Below, in pieces: positions 16,087 to 31,924 of a stretch of DNA of 64,000 nucleotides (positions are counted from its first letter, which is position 1; each line of letters starts with the position of its first letter). The position numbers were made by a program, and so were the translations under genes. The notes under the pieces were generated by a model, which worked only from the letters and a program-made list of their open reading frames with translations, was not told the DNA's origin and made no database searches. Origin of the DNA: the human T2T-CHM13v2.0 reference genome, Homo sapiens. The DNA lies in NCBI RefSeq assembly GCF_009914755.1, contig NC_060938.1; one strand, given 5' to 3'.

Positions 16087-16400
16087 GGACGGGTGCAGTG
16101 GCTCACGCCTATAATCTCCGCACTTTGAGGGGCCAAAGGTTTGTAGAGAAAGCTTCTCATCATGTTCCCTAGGCTAGAGACATGATGAGAACATGTCTCT
16201 ACAAAACATTTAATAATTAGCCTGGCATGGTGGCATACGTCTATCATCCCAGCTACTGAGGTTAAGGCAGTAGGATCGCTTGAGCTTGGGAGGTCAAGGC
16301 TGCAATGAACTATGATCCCGCGACTGCACTCCAGCATGGGTGATAGAGTAAGGCCCTGTCTCAAAAATAAACAAATAAATAAATAAAAATTAAAAATTAA
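16087..16400 (+). mobile_element. AluJ with an internal fold-back inversion
   Basis: AluJ text; the B-box segment is replaced by the reverse complement of the downstream arm sequence. Confidence 0.85.
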
Positions 16401-16739
16401 TTTATTGTTTTTCATTTAGGTTTTTAAATGATTCTGCTAAAAAATTATCCTAGTAACTTTGTAATTATATTTATTAGTAGTATTATTATGAACACTAACA
16501 GCTATGAATGTTGCAGGTCCTAATATATTCCAGGAACTGCACTAGGCACTACAACATGTACTAGGAAACTGTACTTCAACAATACTTTCACAAAAGCTCA
16601 GCAAAACAATGGTAACTTGCCTAGAGGCACATAGTATGCTGTACAGTATTTGAACCCAAGTCAATCTGATTTTATCATTTATTTTAAGTAAGTACCTTAT
16701 ATAACAGGATTACTTCATTAAGTATTACTGGAGTGAGTC

Positions 16740-16888
16740 TATATATATCTATATCTATGTATATCTATGTATATACATGTATATCTATGTATATATCTAT
16801 ATCTATGTATAGATCTATATCTATAGATATAGATATCTATGTATATCTATGTATATATCTATATCTATAGATATAGATATACACACAC
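16740..16888. repeat. (TATATC/TATGTA)n low-complexity microsatellite
   Basis: Direct reading. Confidence 0.9.
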
Positions 16889-18299
16889 TTTGAGAAGGAA
16901 AATCAACAGGATTTGGAGATTGACAGCATATGGGAGGTGACAGAATTAAAAGGTTCCTTCAGTGCTTCTCAAGTTTCTGGCTTTAGCAAATGCTAACTGG
17001 ATTGGTGAACGAAGAGTGGAGCCATTCGCTAAAAAGCAAGTACAAAGTGGGAGCTCTTACAAAGAAAAAGATGGAATAAAGATAAATACTGGGCAAAATG
17101 GTGACTACATGTTTAAAAATATAAATGACTAGAGAGGCCAATATTTAGAGTGGGATGCTCACAAATGACAGGGTCATAAGGCAAGGTGGAATTAGTGGAT
17201 CACAAGGTTTAAATGTGATTTTGCTAAATGTGACCAAACTGACAAGTTACACAAGACTGCCCAGTGACGTTCAGACTGAGGACTCAGTGATGGTGATGTT
17301 CATAAACTCAGATTAGCTTTTTGGTGGCAGGGTTGGCAAGCCTGAAATTCACCCAACCATTAATTTATTCAACAAGTGCCTACTGTGTACCAGAAACTGA
17401 GTCATCTGAGAAATGAAAGATAAATTAAACATCATTTGTGAATTATAGACATTTTCAGTCTAGAGGGTAACACGAAACCATATGATTTGGTCGTTATGGT
17501 GCACGCTCTAGTAGAAAAATTTATAACATGCTACGTAAATATTAAACAGGAAATTTATCTTATATGTTACAGAGTTTTGTCTTGCTGACTTTAATATATG
17601 ATAGGTATCAAAAGGATATCTAAAATCATCATCAAAATCTAAGACATCCTATATTGACAAGTGTAATTATTAATTTTTTAAATCTTGATAAGCTCAGGCT
17701 TTATGGGTCAAACTGTACTAAGATATACGTCCAAGAATATTAATCACAGTGGTGATTATAATAGAAAACATTGATAACAACCTAAATCTGTCATTAGAGG
17801 GTCGATTGAATGTATAGACAAGAAGAACAATGAAGCCATTGAGTTGATGATTCAGAGCTATATTTTTGACATGGAAAAAAGACAGATTAAGTTTAAAAAC
17901 AAATTATAAAACAATTAATTTTGAAAATTTCCATTTTAATTATAAAGAAGAGAAGAACACACTCCTCCAAAGAGTTAAAATTTGTTTTCTCTGGGAGGTA
18001 GATTTTTTTTGTCTTTTTCTATACCTTTTATGTTTATAATTATAAAAAACAAGTACAGTATTTTGGTAAATTTTGAACAGTATAGCATTAATAAATTTAA
18101 ATAACAAGACATAAGCATTTTAGATCATTTGAAATGCATTGAAAAACTTAACATTAATAAATATCCTTACATTTGGAAAAGGCTTACTGAATATTCTTTA
18201 CATATATATTTTCTTTCATCACCAAGTGAAAGAAAATATTATGTGTTCAGCAAGAATTTACCATTAGCAACATTTAGAGCTATGTTTATTTATGTATGA

Positions 18300-18825
18300 C
18301 TTTTTTAATTAACAAATAAAAAATTGTATATATTTATTATGTGTAACATGTTGTTTTGAAATATGTATACATTGTATAATGGCTACCTCCAGCTAATGAA
18401 TATGCATTACCTCATATACTTACCACTTTTTTGTGGTGAGAACATTTAAAATCTACTGTCTTAGCAATTTTCAAGAAAAAAATACATTATTAACTATAGT
18501 TATCCATGTTATACAATAGAGCTCTTGAATTTATTTCTTCTATCTAACTGAAGTTTTGTATCCTTTGACCAACATCTCCCCAACCTCCCAGTTCCTGTAA
18601 CCACCATTTTACTCTCTGCTGCTATAAATTCAACTTTTTTAGGTTCCACATATACATATAAGTGAAATCATACAGTATTTGTCTTCCTGAGCCTGGCTTT
18701 TTTCACTTAGCACCATGTCCCTGGGTTCATCCATGTTGTCACAAATGACAGGATTTCCTTCTTTTTTAAAAGCTGAATAGTATTCCATTGTGTGCGTATA
18801 CTACACTTCCTTTACCTATTCATTC
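18300..18825 (-). mobile_element. L1MA 3' end
   Basis: ttgtggtgagaacatttaaaatctact...; ttcacttagca...; gctgaatagtattccattgtg. Confidence 0.85.
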
Positions 18826-19504
18826 TGTTTGACTTTTGATCATTGACCTTCCAAACTTATCTAGATTCTGACTTTCTTGTAGGTGGGAAGTAGAGATTAC
18901 AGTCGAGATGTCGAAACCTACAATCTGTAACATGTAACAGTACAAGAATGAATTCTTGTAGCAGAACAATATATTGTAACAAATTGTTTATTTTAATGAG
19001 AGAGATTTATGTTTAAATGATTCAAAACTCTGCATTTGTTTATGGTAGTAGAAATTCCATTTACAGGGAAGTTTAAAAGTGTGAAGTAAATTTAAGGAAC
19101 AATCTCAGGTAACTATTAACTCTCTACTCTCCAGAAAAATATTGCCATGATATTTTCTCTTGGATTCTATGCTTAGACTTAAAATTCACTAATACAGAGT
19201 GAATAATGGCCACTCATAGCTCTCAAGTATCTGAGAAGTATGTCAAGTATTTTCCACCTTGGGAAAGATGTCAGAAAAAGTAGTTATTTTACTCCTAATT
19301 CTTGGTTTAAAAATTAAGTCAAACTAACAAGCTGCTTTATTAGAAATAATTAACTGTGGGTGGGAAAAAGAAATACAAACAGCCACTTTGCTGGCTTTCA
19401 TAGAGGATAATGGTTCTGAGCTTTCAAAATTTCAAAGGGAAGGGAGAATTCTTAAAAATCACCCACTGATGAAAAATATCTGAATAATGTAGATTCTATT
19501 GTTA

Positions 19505-19885
<381 letters not shown>

Positions 19886-19985
19886 TCAGTGGATGGGTTA
19901 TTGCAAACTAATTGCCAAATAGCCAACATATATAGCTTACACAGATTTACTACAAGTCTTTCAGAAAACAAAACTGTTTGTATAA

Positions 19986-20947
19986 ATGGTGTTTTCTGTC
20001 ATCTCTACAGCCCTGGAATTCACAAACAATTCAGAGACAAGCACTATGACGGAATTTGTTCTCCTTGGCTTTCCTGGTTGTCAGGAGATGCAAAGTTTCC
20101 TCTTCTCCCTGTTCTTTGTGATCTATGTATTTACCATAATAGGAAATGGGACCATTGTCTGTGCTGTGAGATTGGACAAACGGCTTCATACCCCAATGTA
20201 TATTCTCCTAGGGAACTTTGCTTTCCTTGAAATCCGGTAAGTTACTTCCACTGTACCCAACATGCTAGTCAACTTCCTCTCAGAGACAAAAACCATCTCT
20301 TTTGTTGGCTGTTTCCTCCAGTTCTACTTTTTTACTTCCCTTGGTACAATAGAAGCATACTTCCTCTGCATCATGGCATATGATCGGTACCTTGCTATCT
20401 GCCGCCCATTGCACTACCCAACCATCATGACCCCACAACTCTGCTACATATTGATGTCTTTTTGCTGGGTGTTTGGATTCCTCAGTTACTCTGTCTCCAC
20501 TGTGCAACTGTCTCAACTGCCTTTCTGTGGGCCCAACATCATCAATCACTTTTTGTGTGACATGGACCCACTGATGGCTCTGTCCTGTGCCTCAGCTCCT
20601 ATCACTGAGATTATCTTCTATATCCTGAGCTCCCTCATTATCATTCTCACTCTTCTGTACATCTGTGGCTCCTATATGCTTTACTGATAGCTGTATTAAA
20701 AGTCCCTTCAGCAGCTGGCCAGCAGAAGGCCTTTTCCACCTGTGGATCTCATCTGACAGTGGTGTGTTTATTCTTTGGGGCCCTACTGGCAATGTATGTG
20801 AGCCCCACAACTGATAACCCAGCTGCAATTTAGAAGATTATAACTTTGTTCTATTCTGTGGTGACCCCCTTCTTAAACCCCCTGATTTACAGCTTACGAA
20901 ACAAAGAGATGAAGGCTGCGTTGAAGAAAGTCCTGAGGATAGAATGA
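19986..20947 (+). pseudogene. OR11H5P: Olfactory receptor family 11H pseudogene
   Basis: OR motifs [46 protein letters not shown]; TAA at 20238-20240 (EIWY->EIR*), 1-nt deletion near 20681, TAG at 20831-20833, native stop 20945-20947. Symbol assigned from gene order. Confidence 0.88.
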
Positions 20948-21489
20948 GAATAAAGTCATCTACATGAGACCAAGCAAACCATTGTTCAGACATAAAAGAT
21001 TAACTAAGAAATACCTGATTTTCTGATTCTACTTCTCCAATACACCCTTTAAAGAAGATATTTTCTCAGCGAGGTCCCTCATTGTTTTATTTCTTAACTA
21101 ACCTGGCAGAGCTAAACCATAGTTGATTCATATTCCATTCCAAATGAAACAATCATATTTTCAACACAGGTGACTCCAGTAGATGATATTTGAGGGTATT
21201 TTATCTGTCCTATTTCATACTGTATCGTTTTGATTACTGGAGACAGGGGTGGAAGATAGAAGAGCAGTTATGCTTAAGATATTTCTTAAGACTGTTCAAT
21301 ATTTTTAAAGTGAATGAAGAATCAAATTTAAATGTCTAATGAATACAGAACTAAAGGATTTAGTAACAGAGCAGTTTTCTTGCCCCCTTGGCTCTTGATG
21401 GCTGAAAGTCTTACAGACAAGGGACAGACTGAAAGTTTAATGCTTATGTAAGCAGCATGTGTTTTAACATCACATAAAATAGTAAAATC

Positions 21490-22290
21490 ATGGTCATTCT
21501 TTCATTCAACAAATATTAATTGAATACCTGTTATGTTCTAGGCACTAGATATATACTATGATCAAAAGAATCAAAACCACTATCTACCTGGCATTTACAC
21601 TCACATAAGGGAGAAACGGACGATAAAAAAATAAGTAAAATATATAGCATATCAGAGAGTAGTAAGCGCTATGCAAAAAGGACAAAGAGGACAGGAAATG
21701 TGGGAGAAAGAAAAGAGCTGCCATTGTTAAACACGATGATCAGAGAGGCTACACTGAGAAGGCAACATTTAAGCAAATGCTTGAAGCGGATGAGGGAATG
21801 AGCCATGTAGACAGTGAGAGAAGAGCATTCTAAAGAGAGGGAAGCAAATTATCTTAAAGATCTGGAGGCAGGATTGTATCCAAGTAGCAGCAAGGAGGTT
21901 GGTTTGACTGGAGTAAAGAATTTAAGTCTGGGAAGTGGCTCACACCTGTAATCCCAGCACTTTGGGAAGCTGAGGAGGCTGGATCATGAGGTCAGGAATT
22001 TGAGACCAGCCTGGCCAATATGGTGCAACCCTGTCTCTACTAAAAATACAAAAATTAGCTGGGTGTGGTGGCACGAGCCTGTAATCCCAGCTACTCAGGA
22101 GGCTGAGGCAGGAGAATGGCATGAACCTAGGAGGCAGAGGTTGCAGTGAGCCGAGATCACACCACCGCACTCCAGCCTGGACGACAGAGCAGGACTCCAT
22201 CTCAAAAAAAAAAAAAAATTTAAGGGGAAGAGTAATAGAGATGAAGTCAGAGAGTGAACAGCATTCCAAATTCTGTGGGACCTTGTAAAC
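21490..22290 (-). mobile_element. L2a 3' region interrupted by an Alu
   Basis: cattctttcattcaacaaatatt...gaatacct...ctaggcact is the L2 terminus. Confidence 0.75.
21927..22218 (+). mobile_element. Alu (AluSg/Sx)
   Basis: Full dimer; TSD aagaatttaag/aaaatttaag. Confidence 0.92.
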
Positions 22291-22456
22291 TATAGTAATA
22301 ACTTTTTTAAAAATTATAAATTGACAAATTAGAGTTGTGTATATGTATGGGGAACAAAGTGATGTTATGATTTATGAATATAATGCAGAATAATTGAATC
22401 AGCTAACATATCCATCACCTCAAATATTTTCTGTAGTGAGAATATTTGAAATCTAT

Positions 22457-22751
22457 GGCCGGGCACAGTGGCTCACGCCTGTAATCCCAGCACTTTGGGA
22501 GGCCGAGGCAGGCAGATCACCCGAGGCCAGGAGTTCAAGATTAGCCTGGCCAACATGGTAAAATCCCCTCCCTACTAAAAATACAAAAATTATTTGGGTG
22601 TGGTGGTGCATGCCTGTAATCCCAGCTACACAGGAAGCTGAGGCATAAGGATCACTTGAACTCGGGAGGCAGAGGTTGCAGTGAGCCATGACTGCGCCAT
22701 TGTACTACAGCCTGTGATAGAGTGAGATTCTGTCTCAAAAAAAAAAAAAAA
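22457..22751 (+). mobile_element. Alu (AluS)
   Basis: Full dimer; TSD gaatatttgaaat(c/t)tat. Confidence 0.93.
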
Positions 22752-22772
22752 CAAGAATATTTGAAATTTATC

Positions 22773-24108
22773 GCTCTCCCTCTCCCTCTCCCTCTCCCCA
22801 CGGTCTCCCTCTCCCCACGGTCTCCCTCTCTTTCCACGGTCTCCCTCTGATGCCGAGCCGAGGCTGGACTGTACTGCTGCCATCTGGGCTCACTGCAATC
22901 TCCCTGCCTGATTCTCCTGCCTCAGCCTGCCCAGTGCCTGCGATTGCAGGCGCGCGCCGCCACGCCTGACTGGTTTTCGTATTTTTTCGGTGGAGACGGG
23001 GTTTCGCTGTGTTGGCCGGGCTGGTCTCCAGCTCCTAATCACGAGTGATCCGCCAGCCTCGGCCTCCCGAGGTGCCGGGATTGCAGACGGAGTCTGGTTC
23101 ACTCAGTGCTCAATGGTGCCCAGGCTGGAGTGCAGTGGCGTGATCTCGGCTCGCTACAACCTCTACCTCCCAGCCGCCTGCCTTGGCCTCCCAAAGTGCC
23201 GAGATTGCAGCCTCTGCCCGGCCGCGACCCAGTCTGGGAGGTGAGGAGCGTCTCTGCCTGGCCGCCCCATCTGAGAAGTGAGGAGACCCTCTGCCTGGCA
23301 GCCACCCCGTCTGGGAAGTGAGGAGCGTCTCCGCCCGACAGCCACCCCGTCCGGGAGGGAGGTGAGGGGGTCAGCCCCCCGCCCAGCCAGCCGCCCCGTC
23401 CAGCAGGGAGGTGAGGGGGTCAGTCCCCCCGCCCAGCCAGCCGCCCTGTCCGGGAGGGAGGTGGGGGGGTCAGTCCCCCGCCCGGCCAGCCGCCCCGTCC
23501 AGGAGGGAGGTGGGGGGGGTCAGTCCCCCTGCCCGGCCAGCCGCCCCGTCCAGGAGGGAGGTGGGGGGGGTCAGTCCCCCCGCCCAGCCAGCCGCCCCAT
23601 CCGGGAGGGAGGTGGGGGGGGTCAGTCCCCCTGCCCGGCCAGCCGCCCCGTCCAGGAGGGAGGTGAGGGGGTCAGCCCCCCCGCCCGGCCAGCCACCCTG
23701 TCCGGGAGGTGAGGGGCGCCTCTGCCCGGCCGCCCCTACTGGGAAGTGAGGAGCCCCTCTGCCCGGCCAGCTGCCCCGTCCGGGAGGGAGGTGGGGGGGG
23801 CAGCCCCCCCGCCCGGCCAGCCACCCCATCCGGGAGGTGAGGGGCGCCTCTGCCCGGCCACCACTACTGGGAAGTGAGGAGCCTCTCTGCCCGGCCACCA
23901 CCCCGTCTGGGAGGTGTGCCCAGTGGCTCATTGAGAACGGGCCATGATGACAGTGGCAGTTTTGTGGAATAGAAAGGGGGGAAAGGTGGGGAAAAGACTG
24001 AGAAATCGGATGGTTGCCGTGTCTGTGTAGAAAGAAGTAGACATGGGAGACTTTTCATTTTGTTCTGTACTAAGAAAAATTATTCTGCCTTGGGAAAAAA
24101 AAAAAAAA
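22773..24108 (+). mobile_element. SVA (C/D-like) with SINE-R truncated at the 3' end
   Basis: CCCTCT hexamers, Alu-like domain, GC-rich ~49 bp VNTR, ~170-190 bp of SINE-R, poly(A) 24095-24108; TSD GAAATTTATC at 22763-22772 and 24109-24118. Confidence 0.95.
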
Positions 24109-25961
24109 GAAATTTATCATCTTAGCAATTTTAAAATTTATAACACATTATCATTTACTATGTTTACCACCCTGGGCAATATATCGCCAAAAAAAAAAAC
24201 AAAAAAAAACTGATTCCTCCTGCCAGAGGCTTTGCACCCTTTGTCCATCATTGCCTCACCATTATCCACACCCCACTTCCCTGGCCTGCTTCCTTGAGTT
24301 TGAAATTTGGAGATTCCACAAATAAGTGAGAACATGTGGTATATTTGTCTTTCTATGCTTGCCCTGTTTCACTTAGCATAATGTTCTCCATTTCCATCCA
24401 TGTTGTCACAAATGACCAAATTTCCCTCTTTTTAAGGCTGAATAGTATTCCACTATGTACATACACCACATTTTCTTTATCCATTTATCTGTTGATGGAC
24501 ATTTAGGTTGATTCCATAACTCAGCTATTGTGAATAAGGCTGCAAGGAACATAGGAGAGCAGACATCTCTTTGACATACTGCTTTCAAATCATTTAGGCA
24601 AATACCCAAAACTGGGATTGCTAGATCATATAGTAATTCTATTTTTAGTTTTCTGAGGAAGCTCCATACAGTTTTTCATAATGACAGTACTAATTGACAT
24701 TCTCACCAACTGTGTGAAAGGGCTCTCTTTTCTTCACATTCTCATCAACACCTGTTATCTTTTGTCTTTTATTATAACAGCCATTCTGATAGCTGTGAGG
24801 TGAAATCTCATTGTGGTTTTAATCTGCATTTTCCTAGTTATTAGCGATGGTGAGCAATTTTCATATACCTGTTGGCCATTTGTGTGTCTTTTTTTGAGAA
24901 ATGTCTATTCAGGGCCACTGCCCATTTTTTAATCTGATTATTTGTTTTCTCTCTATAGAGTTGTTTGAGTTCTTTATGGATTTGGATATTAACCCCTATC
25001 AGATGTATGGCCTCAAATACTTTCTCCCAGTCTGTAGTTATCTCTCCATTCTATCAATTGTTTCCTTTGCAGATTAGAGCTATACTGACATGATCCTATT
25101 TGTTTATTTTTGCTTTTGTTGTCTGTATTTGGAGGTCAAATCTGTACAATCATTGCCCAAATCAATATTGGGTAGTGTTTCCCCTATGTTGCCTTCTCAT
25201 TGCTTAGAGTTTCCGGTCTTATGTCCAAGTCTTTAATCCATTTTGACTTGATTTTTTTTATATAGAGTGAAATAAGAATCCAATTTCATTCTTGTACATA
25301 TGAATATGCAGTTTTCCCAATACCATTATTAAAGAGACTGTCCTTTTCCCAATGTGTATTTTTGACACCTTTGTCAGAAATCAATTGACCATGCATAGGT
25401 TCACTTCTGAGCTCTCTATTCTTTTCTATTGGTTGATGAGTCTTTTTTACACTAATTTTAATTGACATGCTGTTTTAATTACTATTACTTTGTTGTATAG
25501 TTTGAAATCAGTGTGATGCCTCAGCTTCGTTCTTTCTGTTCATAACTGCCTTACTATTTGAGGGATTTTGTGATTCCATATGGATTTTAGGGCTGTGTTT
25601 TCTATTTCTCTGAAGGCTGTCATTGGTATGACAGGGATTAATAGGGATTACATTGACTCTGGAAATCACATTGGGTAGTCTGGACATTTTAACAATATTA
25701 ATGCTTTTAATTCATGAACACAAGATATCTTTCTGTTTATTTGTGTCTTCTTCAATTTATTTTATTTATGTTTTATATGTAATTCTGCATAAGATGAGAA
25801 GCATTTGGGAGGTTTTGAGCAGGGAAGTAACATACTCTTATTTACATTATAAAAGAATTATCCCCCTGACTGTTTTGTTGGCAATACACTAGAGAGAGAA
25901 ATGGGCATTTTAAAACTCTTATTTCTAATTGTCAAATTTAGAAAGTTTTGGTTTTTTATAC

Positions 25962-26268
25962 TTTTTTTCAAGACAGTGTCTCATTCTGACACCCAGGCTG
26001 GAATGCAGTGATGCAATCACAGCTAACTACAGCCTCAACCTTCCCAGGCTCACATGATGCTCCCAACTCAGCTGTCCGAGTAACTGGGACTACAGGCGTG
26101 TGCCTCCATGCCCAGCTAATTTTTGTATTTCTTTTTTTTTTTTTTCTTTTGTAGAGACAGAGCTTCACCATGTTGGCCAGGCTGTTCTCAAATTCCTGGG
26201 CTCAAGTGATCCTCCTGCCTCAGCTTCCCAAAGTGCTGGAATTATAGATGCGCACCACTGCTCCCCGC
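25962..26268 (-). mobile_element. AluJ
   Basis: Reverse Alu with J-type ctgggctcaagtgatcctcctgcc. Confidence 0.88.
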
Positions 26269-27073
26269 TCGTTTCTTTTTAAAGGAATTTGTATCTGTAA
26301 CCTATTTGAGGATATATATTTGGGGAGGGGAAAAGAGTCCTCTAGTTGCCCCAGAGGCATAGGAAGTCCTCTAGACCCTAAGAAATTCTAATTCTGGAAT
26401 GGTTCCATGATATTAATTAAAAGACAATGCCTCTGGGGCTGTTTAATGACACTTAATCATAATTATAATTATATAGACATTTATAAAATATTTTCAAGTC
26501 TATTATCTCATTTAATCCTCTTATTAGCCCTATGAGTTACACAGGAAGGATAAACATGGCTTTAATATTTGAGGAAACTAGAGCACACCAAGCTCCTACA
26601 GCTAATAAGTGAAACTATTCAAACTAAGACTCATACTTTCTATGTCATGATTTTCTCTATATTTTCTCACTACCTTCTGTTTAAGTTCAACTCTGTTCCC
26701 ACCCAAGTGCTCCCTGTTTTTAACCCAGGTCACCCCATTTCATACAATGCCTGAATAATCTTCTCCACCATTTTCTGCCTATCCCAGACCTCTTTCAAAA
26801 GCTCCTCTAGATGTTTAATCTAGTAATGCTTTTCTAAATACCTAAGTCTTAGCCTGACATAGAATATCACCTGCAACTTAGTTCCATGGGCCAGTTATCC
26901 CTTCAAATATCACTCTTAACCTTGTCTCCCAAACATGTTTAATTAATTCCCAGTTCTACGGAAATCCCTCCCACACTTAGAAGTGCTTTCAAACATTCCT
27001 AACCCGGACTCTAACGTTTTATGATCATCCGTAGTGGCTTTCAAGCTTCCACGTGAATTAGAAACACCTAGAG

Positions 27074-28508
<1,435 letters not shown>

Positions 28509-28823
28509 TCAAGTGATAATAATACTGCTAGTACAGGGATTACATTTTCAAGAATCTGCTCTACACTTAAACAGCCTTACCCTTAAGCTCAGTCATGTTC
28601 TCTATTTGAGCTCTTGCAATGTTTATATTCATCTCAGGTTCTCATCTCAGTTTGTTTGTTCTCTTTCCCCTTATATCACTGAAAAAATTCATAACCATTT
28701 ACAGTGCCAACTTTCATTTTCACTAATATTGTATCATGTCAGTCAACAGAATTACAAATCTGCCTTTACAGATAACTGAACTTTTTCAAACACCTATGTT
28801 CGAGCTATACTTAAAATTGATAA

Positions 28824-29117
<294 letters not shown>

Positions 29118-30884
29118 AGGAGATTCTTTATTTTATGTTCACTATAACAAAATTAAGCAAACAATATATAGATAAAAAAATTTTTAAGTGTTTGCAGGTT
29201 AGGCACCAAGTATGAAGCAAGTCTAGTTCCCTTATATAATAAAGATTTGCTTCATATCTTTTTATTTGAGCCCAAAACAAGTATGTAATCTCTGTGAAGT
29301 CTTGACCTTGTTGGCTCCTGTCTGTGTATACTCAATGTTTAACCCAGAGTCTGGCACATAGTAGGTGCATAGTTGATGCATAACTGACAAATGTTTGTTA
29401 ATTATATGGAATTCTTTTAAAAAAGAATGAAGTTTATTCTGGAGAGAAAATCACACACAAATATACACAAATACATAAACTCAGATACACACATGTACAC
29501 ACATATTCTTTCTCCTCCTCCTCCATTAACCTCCCACCCCCATCCCCAGGTAGATCAGTTCCTTAAAGGGAGGATATCTCCACAAAGGGGAAAGTGTTTA
29601 TGGTATCTTTTAGATAACTATCCTGACTTCTGTGTCTCACTAGTCAAACCATTGGGGAAAACATAAACTATAAACAGATATAGAAGGAATTTGATACATG
29701 CTCAGAAATACAGGCAAAGGAAGTAGGTGCCTGCCAGTGAACACAGGGGAACTATGGCTCCTATTCACAAGAGACTTGTAAACTCTTAATAATTGCTGAT
29801 GTGAAAAACACATTTCATTTGGTTTGGAATACTAAAGGAAGCAAGTTTCTGGAACCACAAATAACACTCTCCAACCATGACTCAGCTTTTTGGTTGTGTA
29901 AATGACGAGATTCCTGCAGCTGGAGTTTGTCTCACATCTTCCTCTTGGAACCAAAAATGCCATTAGGTATGTAAGGAAAGTCTGCCTGCAGCAGTACACC
30001 ACCGTTCCTGTGCATTCAGTGCTGCCAGATGCTAAGAATACGTGGTTCTTCTGCAAATCTGTGAATTCTTTGATCCTTAGTTCTTTGCACGAACATTGGC
30101 CCCTCACTTCTCTTTTCCCAGCATACTCCTAAAGAATGCCCGGGTGATATATTCACATTAAGGGCTCACTCAGGTATCTCAGAGTTCCCACTATACAACT
30201 CAGTTAGGGAAAATAATGTTCAAAGTTCTTGCTTATTTGGGGGGACCATTAAATTCCCTTCAGTTAGAATGTATCCTGAGTCTTTTACCTCCTTGTTTGT
30301 AAATTAGTCACTGAAGTTTTTATTGACAGACTCTTCTTCAGCTGGAACAATTAAAGCAAGCTGTTATTTTTTTCAGAGTTGTTGGCAAGTGACAAATGGC
30401 AAGTGAAAACCTCTTGTGAAAGAAGTAGAACAGCAGACTCTCCTTTCCTTTGGATTCACCTACAGATTAATTTTTAAAACATAAATACTTAAGAGAAGAG
30501 CCCCAGCACTTATAATTCTAAAAGTGCTCTTCCGTGGGCAAGTGTCTTAAATTCCCAGCAAGCGGATGGGGCTGGAGGAGGATGTAGCTCCCTTGTCGGT
30601 TCACATAGAATGTGTTGCCCAAGCGCTTTGTTCCTCCTCTTCTCTCCAATTGCCCATTTGTACTCTCACTTGAAGTGAATAGAAAGACAAAAGAGGTGAA
30701 TTTAAACTTACTATTTGAGTTCCTAGTAAATGTACTTTGGTGATGGAGGCAATAGAAATGAATGCAGTGAGGTTTTTTTAATTATCTGTGAAGTTTAGTT
30801 ATCCATCTTTCTCTGACCCTATATTCCATAGATAATTAAAATTTCACTGTGTTTGAAATAATGTCATCAAGGTCTTGAACATTA

Positions 30885-31385
<501 letters not shown>

Positions 31386-31924
31386 AGCAGGAAGGAGTCA
31401 ATTATGAGGTCCGGTTCCAGATCAATTATCATCAGTTGGAATTATATTTCTTTTCTCAGTACCAAAAATTTCCTGGCCTGTGAGTAGGATAAATTAATTC
31501 ATGTCTCATTCTCTACCTACTGCCTTGAAAAGCCCAAAATATCTAATTATCTAATTTATGCCAAGCAAAATTTGTTATCATGTCCCCTGTACTACAAAGA
31601 TTTATTCAAGTTATTTCTAACTGGAGTAAATATCTTTTTTCAGACCCACAGCATGCAGTTGGACGTGCTGCAAAAATACACAGCTCAAGGAACCCCCAGC
31701 CTATGCACATGACTGTGCAGATATAGGTTGTAATCTTGATAGTTTTTATAAAACCTGAGTTCCAAAAAGGGAGGAATTTTATTTTGTATATTCACCATTA
31801 TAACCCCAGAACTCAACACACTGCTAGCAATATAATAAATGGTGAATAAACATGTGTTAAATTAAATTCTTGAATAAACAAATAAATACATGAAATGCTA
31901 CGATTTAAATTTAACATCCAACCT

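Larger units (their letters stand above)
22300..25790 (-). mobile_element. L1MA 3' ~1.8 kb, split by Alu and SVA insertions
   Basis: Minus-strand ORFs 24406..24609 (MFLAALFTIAELWNQPKCPSTDKWIKKMW) and 25286..25468 are degraded ORF2; the 3'UTR resumes across the insertions. Confidence 0.85.

Noticed and set aside
23278-23931. Pro/Gly-rich repetitive ORFs
   Set aside because: Translations of the SVA VNTR.
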